Positions 1 to 9,478 of a stretch of DNA of 64,000 bases are shown here, one piece after another. Each line of letters starts with the position of its first letter. Within the stretch, counting starts at the first letter, position 1. Source of the stretch: an uncultured Poribacteria bacterium (GTDB lineage Bacteria > Poribacteria > WGA-4E > WGA-3G); NCBI GenBank assembly GCA_958296135.2, contig CATQHZ020000001.1:1728001-1792000 (forward strand). Reading direction: 5' to 3'. Below the pieces are notes generated by a model. That model ran no database searches. It was not told the origin of the DNA and worked only from the letters and a program-made list of their open reading frames with translations. The position numbers and the translations under genes are program-made.

Positions 1-1256
1 GAACCGAAAGCCATGAGGAAGCCGGGTTCAAACCGAAGCGTCGGCGTTAAGTGATACGTCACATCCTCGCGGAGCGTATAGATAGGCGCGTTCACCACGA
101 CGTTGTACCTGAAGTCTTCAGCAGTATCACTCGCCTCTTCACCTGTGGCGGCACCGAAATTGATATTGAGGAAATTGAGCGAACGCGTCAGCGACAGATG
201 CGACGTAAGCTGCGGCGTAAACTCCGAACGGAGATGGATGCCACCCCCTTCAAACCCGTTTTTGAAATAGGCATTAAATGGAGCGACTTCCTCTTCTTGT
301 CCTAAATCGGCGTTGGAGAAATCGAAATGATCGCTCGCGCTCAAGGCGTTCAGTGTCAGATGATGCTTGTCCGTGAGTTCATAAGCGAATTTGAACTGAT
401 AATCCGAAACATAGGGAATCGTAAAATTGAAGAAGAGTCCGAAGATGAGATCGGGAATGGAGCGGCGCGCCGCGACATAAGCATATCCCTTCTCTCCGAT
501 TTTCCGCTCAACGAACGCTTTGGGGTAGAAGATATTCATGTCAACCACGCCGCCCCATTTTTTAGCTGCACGTTCGCGCGAACGGATGTCCAACACCGCC
601 TGCGAATCTACGCCAAATTCCGCACCGTAACCACCGGCGTAAATCTGAATCTCATCAATGACATCCACATTCACAGTTGAGATGAGGCCGCCGTAATGGA
701 ACGGGTATCCGAACGGCACCCGATCGAAGTAATAAAGGGTGTCGCCCGGTGCGGCACCACGAATATAGAGGATACCGAAGACATCATTCGGAATGCCGAT
801 ACTCGGCAGCGTCGTAAGGCCCTTAAAAGCATCGCGTCCCGTGCCGGGGAGACGGATTAACTCGCTTTTGCGAATATCCTTCCGGCTCACGGTAGGCGGC
901 AGTCGTTCCCCTTCCACGACAATTTTCTCCAACGCGACGATTTCGCCGATGCGGATTTCCACCTGCGTCGTCTCATCCGCTTTTACCTCAAGCGTGCTTT
1001 GTTTCGGCGCGTTGAACGTCGGATGCGATACGGACACTATGTAGGTGCCCGGGGCAATGCCAGTGAACGCGAATCGTCCCTCTGCATCGGTGGTTTGGTG
1101 CTCGTCTGTCTCAAGCAGATGCACATCGGCACCGGCTAGGCGTGTTCCAGTGCTCTGATTGAAGACGGTGCCTTCTACCGTGCCGGTTTGGGAAAAGGCT
1201 GCTATTGGCCTCGCGAGAAGAAACAGCAGCCAGAAAAGACTGCTCACGTTTTTCAT
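1..1256 (-). CDS. TonB-dependent receptor, N-terminal part (runs off window start)
   Basis: Not in the ORF track. Manual translation from ATG at 1256: signal peptide MKNVSSLFWLLFLLARPIAAFSQ, carboxypeptidase-regulatory-like domain (TGTVEGTV...TTDAEGRFAF...PGTY), plug motifs (LPSIG...LYIRGAAPGD...YAGGYGAEFG). Confidence 0.8.
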   Translation of the reverse strand, partial: MKNVSSLFWLLFLLARPIAAFSQTGTVEGTVFNQSTGTRLAGADVHLLETDEHQTTDAEGRFAFTGIAPGTYIVSVSHPTFNAPKQSTLEVKADETTQVEIRIGEIVALEKIVVEGERLPPTVSRKDIRKSELIRLPGTGRDAFKGLTTLPSIGIPNDVFGILYIRGAAPGDTLYYFDRVPFGYPFHYGGLISTVNVDVIDEIQIYAGGYGAEFGVDSQAVLDIRSRERAAKKWGGVVDMNIFYPKAFVERKIGEKGYAYVAARRSIPDLIFGLFFNFTIPYVSDYQFKFAYELTDKHHLTLNALSASDHFDFSNADLGQEEEVAPFNAYFKNGFEGGGIHLRSEFTPQLTSHLSLTRSLNFLNINFGAATGEEASDTAEDFRYNVVVNAPIYTLREDVTYHLTPTLRFEPGFLMAFG

Positions 1257-1509
1257 TTTTTGTTCCTAGCGATTGTTCGGCTGCACCCGTGCAGTAGACG
1301 TTAACTTATTAGGCAGTCGAGACGATGTCTTGATTTACATTGATATTGCGAGGGACAGGTTTTCCCTCACCCTACGGGCCACAGCGAGTCTTCTGGCAAT
1401 GAAGTCAACATCGCGTTTAACGTCATGTTAGGATTTTCAGTTGACCTGAATGTGCAACGAACAACTAGAGAAGTCTGTCCTGATGGGCTGGGATTGGTAA
1501 GGTAGGCAA

Positions 1510-2346
1510 TCATCGCGCCAGCAAATTTGCCAACGCCGCAAATTCAGCAATGTCCAATGTCTCCGCGCGCCGCTGGGGGGATATATCGAGTGCTTCAAAC
1601 GCTGAAGTTAACGCGTCGGATGCCGCAAACTTACCGCTCGCCAAGGCATTTTTCAACATCTTCCGCCGCATCCGAAACGCTGTTCGGACTATATGAAAGA
1701 AAAATTCTTCATCGTCCACCGCGACCGGGGGTGCATCGCGCATCGTTAATTTGAGGAGTGCCGATTCCACTTTGGGGGGAGGGTAAAAGTTATCCGGGGA
1801 CAGCATCGCAATCAACGCTGCCTCGGCATAGTAAGAGATACCGATTGTCAAGGCACCGTAATCTTTTCCGCCGGGTGAGGCGACCATTCGTTCCGCTACT
1901 TCCTTCTGCATCATCAGCACGCAGCTGTCGATTTGCTCGTGGTGCGCTAAGAATTTCCACAAGATAGGGGTTGTGATGTGATAGGGCAAGTTAGCGATAA
2001 CCTTGGGGCGCGTGGCTGGTTTCAACAACGCATCAAAGTCCAATTTGAGGATATCGGCGTGGATAAGCCGGATATGTGAGTTTGCTGAAAACTGTGCTTC
2101 CAACGCCGCGTACAACAGCGCGTCCACTTCAACGGCGATTACCTGTTTTGCGCGCGCTGCCAAGGCGGCGGTGAGGCAGCCCAACCCTGCACCGATTTCT
2201 ATCACGGTGTCCGTATCGGCCACCTCTCCTGCCTCAAGAATGAGCGCGAGAACGTCTGGATTCGTGAGGAAGTGTTGCCCCAACCGCTTTTTGGGCCGGG
2301 TACCATTAATCGCGAAGAAGTCGCGCACTTGTTGGTGGAGCGTCAT
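1510..2346 (-). CDS. rsmA: 16S rRNA (adenine-N6,N6)-dimethyltransferase RsmA/KsgA
   Basis: KKRLGQHFL, VIEIGAGLG, ANLPYHIT, MMQKEVAER, PPPKVES motifs. Confidence 0.97.
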   Translation of the reverse strand: MTLHQQVRDFFAINGTRPKKRLGQHFLTNPDVLALILEAGEVADTDTVIEIGAGLGCLTAALAARAKQVIAVEVDALLYAALEAQFSANSHIRLIHADILKLDFDALLKPATRPKVIANLPYHITTPILWKFLAHHEQIDSCVLMMQKEVAERMVASPGGKDYGALTIGISYYAEAALIAMLSPDNFYPPPKVESALLKLTMRDAPPVAVDDEEFFFHIVRTAFRMRRKMLKNALASGKFAASDALTSAFEALDISPQRRAETLDIAEFAALANLLAR

Positions 2347-2420
2347 GATTTTTTTGACCTGCGCGAAGTGTGTAATTGGGGTAGGCGCGCTTTCAAAGCG
2401 CGCCTATAGGACTTTCCCGA

Positions 2421-3794
2421 TTAATAGATTGCCAAGTAGTTGTCGGTCTCCCACTGGCTGACACTCCGATTGTAACTATTCCACTCTGCGCGCTTGACTT
2501 CGATGTAGTAATCGGCATAATCAACGCCGAGCGCGTTTTTGATGACTTCATCCTTTTCAAGATGATCGATTGCGTCGCTGAGCGTCGTCGGCAGAAAACC
2601 GATGTTCCGCCGCTTCAGTTCATCTTCCGGGACCTCGTAAAGGTTGTCCACATTTCGTTTCCCGGGGTCGATCTGGTTTTCGATGCCATCCAATCCGGCG
2701 GCGAGAAGAACCGTCATCGTCAGATAAGGGTTCGCTGCACCGTCGCCTAAGCGGTTCTCGATGCGTCCCGGCGCGGGAATGCGAATCATCTGCGTCCGGT
2801 TGTTCGCGCCGTAGGTGACGTAGACGGGTGCCCACGATGCGCCAGACCGCGGCGCGCCACGGACGAGGCGTTTGTAACTGTTAACCAGCGGATTCGCGAC
2901 CGCCGTAATTGCCTTGGCATGTTTCAGAATCCCGCCGGTGAACCAATAGGCGAGTTGCGTCAAACCGCACGCATCGTTCTCATCAAGGAACAAGTTCGTC
3001 TGATCGTTTTCATCCCAGAGGCTCATGTGGAAGTGCGCGCCGTTGCCGGTCAGATTGGTGAACGGCTTCGGCATAAACGTTGCCAACCAGCCGCGTTCTT
3101 CCGCAACCGTTTTGACCATCCATTTGAAAAAGGTGTGCCGGTCCGCCGTCGTGAGCGCGTCGGCGTATGTCCAATTCGTCTCGTATTGGCACGTTGCATC
3201 CTCGTGGTCATTCGCGTAAGGCTCCCACCCTAATTCTTGCATGTATTTGATCAAGGTGGTCATCATGTCAAGATTGCGGTGCAATGCGCGCAGGTCATAG
3301 CACGGTTTATCCAGCGTATCCAGCGTGTCCCATGGGGCGTATTGCCCGTCTTCGTTCTGCTTCAACAGAATGAATTCCGCCTCAACGCCGACGTTAAAGA
3401 CGTAACCTTGCGCCTTCGCTTTCTCTAATTGCCTGCGCAGAATGGTGCGCGGACAGCAATACCACGATTCACCCTCGACATACATGTCGCCTGCTACCCA
3501 GGCGAGGTTTTTGCGCCACGGCACGACGGTGAGGGAATTCAGGTCGGGGATGCACGCCATCTCCGGGTCGTGCGGCCATTGCCCGATTTCGCCGGCGGCA
3601 AACCCGCCGAACCCTGCGCCCTCTTCAGCCATATCGTTGAGGTGCGTTGAGGGGATGACTTTCGCCTTCGGCGCGCCGCTCATCTCTACGAAAGAGCAGA
3701 GGAAAAATTCGATGCCCTTCTCTTCAACCAAAGATTGGACATGGTTTCGTATCATAAAATGAGTCTCCGTGTTTTTATGGGTGCGCAGTCGCAA
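2421..3794 (-). CDS. glnT: Glutamine synthetase family protein, GlnT / gamma-glutamylmethylamide synthetase-like
   Basis: GVEAEF, DHEDATCQYE, FMPKPF, GNGAHFHMSLW, NSYKRL, NNRTQMIRIP, ANPYL. True start may be MIRNHVQ at 3755. Confidence 0.8.
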   Translation of the reverse strand: MRLRTHKNTETHFMIRNHVQSLVEEKGIEFFLCSFVEMSGAPKAKVIPSTHLNDMAEEGAGFGGFAAGEIGQWPHDPEMACIPDLNSLTVVPWRKNLAWVAGDMYVEGESWYCCPRTILRRQLEKAKAQGYVFNVGVEAEFILLKQNEDGQYAPWDTLDTLDKPCYDLRALHRNLDMMTTLIKYMQELGWEPYANDHEDATCQYETNWTYADALTTADRHTFFKWMVKTVAEERGWLATFMPKPFTNLTGNGAHFHMSLWDENDQTNLFLDENDACGLTQLAYWFTGGILKHAKAITAVANPLVNSYKRLVRGAPRSGASWAPVYVTYGANNRTQMIRIPAPGRIENRLGDGAANPYLTMTVLLAAGLDGIENQIDPGKRNVDNLYEVPEDELKRRNIGFLPTTLSDAIDHLEKDEVIKNALGVDYADYYIEVKRAEWNSYNRSVSQWETDNYLAIY

Positions 3795-3919
3795 ACCGCG
3801 CCTACCGAGTTTTCTGGTGAGGCCATGGGATGGCGAGTGCCAGTGGACATCTCTACAGCGAGGCTGCAGAGATGCCAGCGTTTCAGTGTAACGCCCCTCG
3901 GCTTACAGGCCGCGAGAGA

Positions 3920-5194
3920 TTATTTAGTGTTTCTCATGGAAACAATTCGCGTCAAAATCGCATCTGCTACGTCGCGTTTGGAGAGGCGCGGGAGCTCCTC
4001 GCATTTCCCACCCCGGTCTAATAAGGTGACAATGTTGGTATCCGATTCAAACCCGGCACCCTCGGCGAGAACATCGTTTGCAACGATAAGATCGCAGTTT
4101 TTGCGGACTAATTTCTTTTTGGCATTGTCAAGCAGATTCTCCGTTTCAGCGGCGAAGCAGACGAGAAATTGCTCGGTTTTACGTTCACCGAGGGTCTGCG
4201 CGATATCCGGATTCCTTTCAAATGCGAGCGTCAACGGCCCGTCCATCTTCTTTAACTTCTGCGGTGTCCGTTGAGTTGGACGATAATCGGCAGGGGCTGC
4301 CGCCATGACGACGACATCTGTCTCATCAAAAGCGCGCAAGACTGCCTCATGCATCTCAAGCGTTGTCTCTACACACCGGGTCGCGATACCTCTCGGTGCC
4401 GACAGGGTGGTGTGCCCACAGATGAGTAGCACGTCTGCCCCGCGGTCTCTCGCCGCTGCCGCGATGGCGCATCCCATCTTTCCGCTAGCGCGGTTGGTAA
4501 TAAAGCGGACCGGGTCGATGTATTCGCGTGTCGCTCCCGCTGTCACGAGAATTCGTGTGCCTTGCAAGTCATCGTGGCGAGGGACAGGTGCTCGCCCTAC
4601 GGGCAGCGGGAAGTCTTCGGCCGTTTCGGTAGGCGCGCTTTGTACGCGCGCCGCAAGCACCTCGGCGGCGTGTTGGAGAATTACATCTACCGTATTTAGC
4701 CGGCCAACGCCTTCATAGCCGCACGCTAAATCGCCGCTGGCAGGTTCAATGAAGTGGACTCCGTGCGCTTTCAGCGTCTCCATATTCCGTTGCACTATCG
4801 GATTGTGATACATGTGTCCGTTCATCGCCGGTGCGAGGAGGATTGGACAATGCACGGAAACAGCAACGGTAGAGAGCGCGTCATCGGCGATACCGTTGGC
4901 CATCTTCCCGATGATGTTGGCAGTCGCTGGCACAATCATGAGCAACGCAGCGCGGTCGGCGAGCTCGATGTGGGGCGGCTTCCAGTCGGTACCTGCGGCA
5001 AACAGGTCCAACAACACCGGATTTCGTGAGATAACTTGGAATTGCAGCGGCTGCACGAGGCGCGTGGCGTTGGCTGTCATCACGGTATGCACATCGGCAC
5101 CACGCTTGACGAGTTGACTCGCCAGATCTAGCGATTTGTGGATGGCGATGCCGCCGGTAACGCCTAAGATGATAGTCGGATCTCTGAGTTCCAT
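3920..5194 (-). CDS. coaBC: Bifunctional phosphopantothenoylcysteine decarboxylase/ligase CoaBC
   Basis: LGVTGGIA, PATANIIGK, APAMN, LACGYEGVGRL, TAGATREYIDPVRFITNRASGKMG, FAAET. Start taken as ATG 5194 (MELRDP). Confidence 0.96.
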   Translation of the reverse strand: MELRDPTIILGVTGGIAIHKSLDLASQLVKRGADVHTVMTANATRLVQPLQFQVISRNPVLLDLFAAGTDWKPPHIELADRAALLMIVPATANIIGKMANGIADDALSTVAVSVHCPILLAPAMNGHMYHNPIVQRNMETLKAHGVHFIEPASGDLACGYEGVGRLNTVDVILQHAAEVLAARVQSAPTETAEDFPLPVGRAPVPRHDDLQGTRILVTAGATREYIDPVRFITNRASGKMGCAIAAAARDRGADVLLICGHTTLSAPRGIATRCVETTLEMHEAVLRAFDETDVVVMAAAPADYRPTQRTPQKLKKMDGPLTLAFERNPDIAQTLGERKTEQFLVCFAAETENLLDNAKKKLVRKNCDLIVANDVLAEGAGFESDTNIVTLLDRGGKCEELPRLSKRDVADAILTRIVSMRNTK

Positions 5195-5391
5195 TTTATG
5201 AGTAGGACTTACAATCTCACGTTTTGACAAAGTTTCCGAATAGGAATAGGATTTGCATTGCGCCAGCCGAAGTAAAACATTGAATTGCATGGCGCGGGAC
5301 AGTGGACATATCTGCAGCGAGGCTGCAGATATGACAAAGTTTCGGCGTGACGCCCCTCGCCCTACGGGACGCGGGATGACGTTGTGAAGAT

Positions 5392-6063
5392 TTACCTCTC
5401 TTGTTGATTCTGGTTACGTTTGATGCTGAACCGTTGGTTAATCATTTCCGTTAAACCTGCATCAATTCGGCACCGTTCTGCTGCAATAATCGCCTGAGTT
5501 TGGGCCACAGCCTGTTGTAGCCCGCCATCGTGGTTGATGACGCAGTAGTCGTAGTGCGAGAGTTGGGAGATTTCGGATGTCGCTATAGTCAGACGCTGCG
5601 TCAGTTCTGCCTCCGATTCTGTTTTCCTGCCGCGGAGCCGTTCGTCCAAATTAGCAAATGCCGAAGGGACAATGAAGATGAGTAGGATTCGGGCAGTATC
5701 GGGCCCTATCTGCTTGCGGACTTGTAGAGCTCCTTGAACTTCAATCTCCAAAACAGCGTCTTTCCCCTCAGTTTGTGCCGCCACGATTTCAGAGTTAAGC
5801 GTGCCGTAAAAATTGCCGCCATATGCTGCCCATTCGAGGAACCCATCCTGTTGAATCTGGTTCTTAAATTCTGCCTTTGACAGAAAGTGATAATCCACGC
5901 CATCTACTTCGCGTGGGCGCGGCGCGCGCGTCGTTGCGGAAACAGCGAGTCTTAACGTCTCGTCGGCCTGGCAAAGCGCTTTGACGACGGTGCTTTTTCC
6001 CGAGCCAGACGGGCCTGAGATGACGACGACTAAATTGGGGTTATAGAAATCCGTACGTGCCAC
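5392..6063 (-). CDS. gmk: Guanylate kinase
   Basis: SGPSGSGKST, SATTRAPRPREVDGVDYHF, FLEWA...YGT, LEIEVQGA. Confidence 0.96.
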   Translation of the reverse strand: MARTDFYNPNLVVVISGPSGSGKSTVVKALCQADETLRLAVSATTRAPRPREVDGVDYHFLSKAEFKNQIQQDGFLEWAAYGGNFYGTLNSEIVAAQTEGKDAVLEIEVQGALQVRKQIGPDTARILLIFIVPSAFANLDERLRGRKTESEAELTQRLTIATSEISQLSHYDYCVINHDGGLQQAVAQTQAIIAAERCRIDAGLTEMINQRFSIKRNQNQQER

Positions 6064-6186
6064 GACATTTTTCCTGAACGGGTCCCGCCGCCGTTAGCGA
6101 TTTTCCGGGTGGAAACTGAGGCGATACGAGGGCAGTCCCTTGTCCTACGGTAAATAGGAGAGAACTCCTGATTACACCGCGCGTCC

Positions 6187-6645
6187 TTAGCCTGCAGCAT
6201 CCTCAAGTTCCAGCAGCACCGGGGATTCAATGCGGATAGCGTCTTTGATGCAGACTTCCTCGCAGAGTTTGCATCCGACGCAATCCTTCGGTTTGACGAG
6301 TTCGCAAATTCCGAAGAAACTTTCGGCATGCTCGCCAGTCTCGGGGTCTTTCAGTTCAAGACATTCCCACGGGCAGATATGGACGCAGAAATCGCACCCG
6401 GAGCAGAGTTCTTCGTAGATAACAGCGATCGGACGGTGCGTCGGGCGGCGGATGAATTTGCACACTTCGCCGAACTGGTCGCGGATTGCCTCGACCGGAC
6501 AAACCATCCCGCACGCGCTGCAATCAATACAAATGTTCGGATCGATGATGTGCAACATATTCCGGTCGCCGGTAATCGCGTCAACCGGACAATTGGTAAG
6601 GCACGCCATGCACCCGATACATTCATCAGTGATATAGTAGGCCAT
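6187..6645 (-). CDS. Polyferredoxin (four 4Fe-4S motifs)
   Basis: Four CxxCxxCxxxC motifs (CIGCMACLTNCP, CIDCSACGMVCP, CSGCDFCVHICP, CVGCKLCEEVCI); GGAGG RBS. Confidence 0.9.
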   Translation of the reverse strand: MAYYITDECIGCMACLTNCPVDAITGDRNMLHIIDPNICIDCSACGMVCPVEAIRDQFGEVCKFIRRPTHRPIAVIYEELCSGCDFCVHICPWECLELKDPETGEHAESFFGICELVKPKDCVGCKLCEEVCIKDAIRIESPVLLELEDAAG

Positions 6646-6728
6646 CAGTTGTTTACCTCCGATTTTATTTTACCACAAGGTCTGTGGATTTTCAAGGTAT
6701 TTTTTACTCCGCCGAACGTATTGGTAAA

Positions 6729-6757
6729 ATTATACCATCCCAAAGATTTAATGTCAA
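6729..6757 (-). promoter_or_regulatory. Sigma-70 promoter for ferredoxin-gmk direction
   Basis: Perfect TTGACA-N17-TATAAT on the minus strand. Confidence 0.75.
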
Positions 6758-6770
6758 GGAAAAATTAAAA

Positions 6771-6800
6771 TTGGCATTTTCCTAGCGAATCTGCTATAAT
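6771..6800 (+). promoter_or_regulatory. Divergent sigma-70 promoter for SDR gene
   Basis: TTGGCA-N18-TATAAT with extended -10 TG. Confidence 0.55.
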
Positions 6801-6872
6801 AAAAGATACCCAAATCCGGCAGCGGGGGACATCAAATCCCGCCGCGGAAAATCGTAGAAAAAGAGGCTCATA

Positions 6873-7643
6873 ATGAATTTAGGACTCAAGGATAAAGTTG
6901 TGATCGTAACGGGTGCAAGCCGCGGCATTGGACGCGCCATCGCGCACGGCTTCGCTGACGAGGGGGCACGGCTCAGCATCTGCGGCAGAACCCCCGAAAC
7001 ACTACAGAATGTAACGAATGAACTCATCGCGAAAGGCGCGGAAGTCTTCGCGAAACCGACAGATGTGACAGACACCGAACAAGTCAACGCCTTTATGGCG
7101 GTAACAGTCGAAAAATACGGCAGGATTGATGTCGTCGTTAACAACGTCGGCGGTAGCAGGAAGACCTCTTTGGCAGAGATTTCGGCTACCGAGTGGCATG
7201 AAGTGCTCGATCTGAATCTCGTCTCGGCTGCGCGGATTAACCAACAGGCTATCCCGACGATGCAGAAACAGGGGGGCGGTGTCATCTTGATGATAGCCTC
7301 TATTTACGGCAGAGAAGGCGGCGGCCATATCACCTATAACGCCGCGAAAGCCGCCGAGATTAGCATGGCGAAATCTCTCGCGAAGGAACTCGCCCCGGAT
7401 AATATCCGCGTGAACAGTATTGCGCCCGGGTCGATTCTATTCCCCGGCGGCGGTTGGGCACGCCGTATGGAGGCAGACCCGGGTGCGATGGCCGCTTTCG
7501 TTAAAAGTGATATGCCGCTCGGCCGTTTTGGGAAACCGGAGGAGATTGCGGACGTAGTCGTCTTCCTTGCTTCGGCACGCGCGAGTCTTGTTACAGGTGC
7601 TTGTATTAACGTGGACGGGTGTCAGTCGCATTCAAATATCTGA
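6873..7643 (+). CDS. Short-chain dehydrogenase/reductase
   Basis: TGASRGIG, VVNNVG, YNAAK, IRVNSIAPG. Confidence 0.93.
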   Translation: MNLGLKDKVVIVTGASRGIGRAIAHGFADEGARLSICGRTPETLQNVTNELIAKGAEVFAKPTDVTDTEQVNAFMAVTVEKYGRIDVVVNNVGGSRKTSLAEISATEWHEVLDLNLVSAARINQQAIPTMQKQGGGVILMIASIYGREGGGHITYNAAKAAEISMAKSLAKELAPDNIRVNSIAPGSILFPGGGWARRMEADPGAMAAFVKSDMPLGRFGKPEEIADVVVFLASARASLVTGACINVDGCQSHSNI

Positions 7644-7757
7644 CATTTGGGTCAATCATCCGAAACCTCTTTTTGTAGGAGCGAGCTCCAAACGACACCG
7701 CAACCAGGAGGTTGCTCCTATAAGGGAGAACGGATAGCACCGGCGTAAGAAAAAAAG

Positions 7758-7787
7758 TTGCATTTTCCGGTTCACATAGTGTATAAT
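7758..7787 (+). promoter_or_regulatory. Sigma-70 promoter
   Basis: TTGCAT-N18-TATAAT upstream of a GGAGG RBS and ATG 7819. Confidence 0.55.
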
Positions 7788-7818
7788 AGTCTTAACTTAA
7801 ACTGGGAGGTATTAACTG

Positions 7819-8202
7819 ATGGATATGAACGAACAGATCCTCCAAAAACTCCTAGAGATGGAGGAAGCACAGAAGGCGCGAGACGCTGCGGAGAAGGCGC
7901 GAGACGCTGATTTGGATGCTAGGTTAACAGCCCTAGAATCCGAGGTGAAGGAAATCCGCAAAGAGCAGGTCATCCAGGGCGTGAACCAAGCGAAACTGGA
8001 AGGCAAGTTGGAGACAGCGGAGACGAAACTAGGCGGCAACTTGGAGCGGTTGGAGATGAAAGTCGATAACTTCCTTTCCAACATGCGCGAGAGGAAGGCT
8101 GACAGCGGCGAACGGTGGAAAGTCGGTGGCATCATCGCCTCTGGCAGCATTGCGATAGCTTCGTTGATTTTGGCACTCTTGTCGTATTTCAACGGAAATT
8201 AG
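7819..8202 (+). CDS. Small coiled-coil protein with C-terminal membrane anchor
   Basis: GGAGG RBS; heptad-rich charged helix; C-terminal hydrophobic IIASGSIAIASLILALLSYF; internal 21-bp tandem duplication (KARDA twice). Confidence 0.7.
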   Translation: MDMNEQILQKLLEMEEAQKARDAAEKARDADLDARLTALESEVKEIRKEQVIQGVNQAKLEGKLETAETKLGGNLERLEMKVDNFLSNMRERKADSGERWKVGGIIASGSIAIASLILALLSYFNGN

Positions 8203-8478
8203 GGGCTCTTAAAAAACGCCACGCGCGAAACAAGCATGGCGAGGGGAACCCTCGGCGATTAGCGATCGCCGGGCCCTCGCCATGTGCTCACATTGGAAGC
8301 GGGTACCTCCTCGCCACCGAAGATTCGTTTCCACCACGGATGCTTCTCGGGTTTCACGTTAACTTTGGAAGACATACCTTATAAGGTGCTGCTTCCGATA
8401 TCATTTCCGCGAGTTCACTGAGATTCGCATATTCTGCGAATATCCTGTCTCTGAATCCATGAAATTGGCCCGGACAAT

Positions 8479-9291
8479 TCATCTCGCCTTCATGCGCTTG
8501 ACTGCATCTAACTTCGTCTGTTGCCAATCTGTCCAATCTTTTTCCCCTTCATACCGCACTATGTCGTGAATCGTTGCGCGCGGTTGGTAGGTAATGTAAT
8601 TGCCGGTGTGCCAGCCGAGGTTCCGATAAATCATGAAATCGCCGGGTCCCAGGTGCACCTGCACCGCGCCCGGAAACTGCCGGCAATGTTCCAAGCATAG
8701 CCGTTCCATCTCAACGTTGGACACCCCTTCGGTTGGTTTGCGCAACCTCGGTTCGTTCGTTGTCTGCTGTTCGCCGGGCAAATCCCATTGGCGCAGATGG
8801 CTTCCGGGGACGAACCATGTGCACGAATCGGCATAAATTGCGCAGTTCACCTGGTTGAAATGACGCAAGTCATACCAGACTTCCGCCAATTTCGCGTTGA
8901 CAATCTCGTCGCGCGCTTCGGACGGCACCTCCACAACGCCATCCCGGTGCCAGCCGATGTGCCACGGATACTCAAGCGGTTCAACGAGCAACCCCATGAT
9001 GTCAACGTGCCCATGTGTGTAATTATCACCGAGCAGTCGTTGAATAGCATCGCGCAGCTCGGGCAATTCGGTGTAGTCATAAAAAGGCCGGAGCTCAAGT
9101 TCGTCGCCATAGTTTGATAGCGGCTGAATGCGCTGCGTCTGCGCTCCGTTGCGAGTGTGCGCCAGGTGTCGTGCTTTCTCTGCCTCTCGGCGCAAGTCGG
9201 TTAACAACGCCGGTGGGACAATCCCCCGGAAAATCAGATAGCCTTGCGAGAGATACTCGTCTACCATTGAATCGTGAAATTGGAATGCCAT
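8479..9291 (-). CDS. Phytanoyl-CoA dioxygenase (PhyH) family Fe(II)/2OG enzyme
   Basis: QGYLIFR, WHRDG (HxD), VPGSH, distal WHTG. Confidence 0.88.
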   Translation of the reverse strand: MAFQFHDSMVDEYLSQGYLIFRGIVPPALLTDLRREAEKARHLAHTRNGAQTQRIQPLSNYGDELELRPFYDYTELPELRDAIQRLLGDNYTHGHVDIMGLLVEPLEYPWHIGWHRDGVVEVPSEARDEIVNAKLAEVWYDLRHFNQVNCAIYADSCTWFVPGSHLRQWDLPGEQQTTNEPRLRKPTEGVSNVEMERLCLEHCRQFPGAVQVHLGPGDFMIYRNLGWHTGNYITYQPRATIHDIVRYEGEKDWTDWQQTKLDAVKRMKAR

Positions 9292-9478
9292 GTGGACTTC
9301 CTTATGTCTCCGAATTATGTCTCATTTAGTTTACACAATTTTGGGGAAATATGCAAGGGCGGAAACCATAGAAATCCGCCCTTACAATTGGTGGAATAAG
9401 GCGTTGTACCATTTTTGCAAATTGAACGTTAATATAAATAAGAACTTTACGCCGAATCGTCTCAACAAGGAGCATTGC

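Noticed and set aside
51-1044. Plus-strand ORFs at window start
   Set aside because: Antisense shadows of the minus-strand TonB-dependent receptor.
8290-8482. Small ORF coupled to the PhyH stop (MNCPGQF...) and a shifted frame containing KHPWWKRIFG
   Set aside because: Could be a gene remnant, but it is too short and has no recognisable family to support a call.
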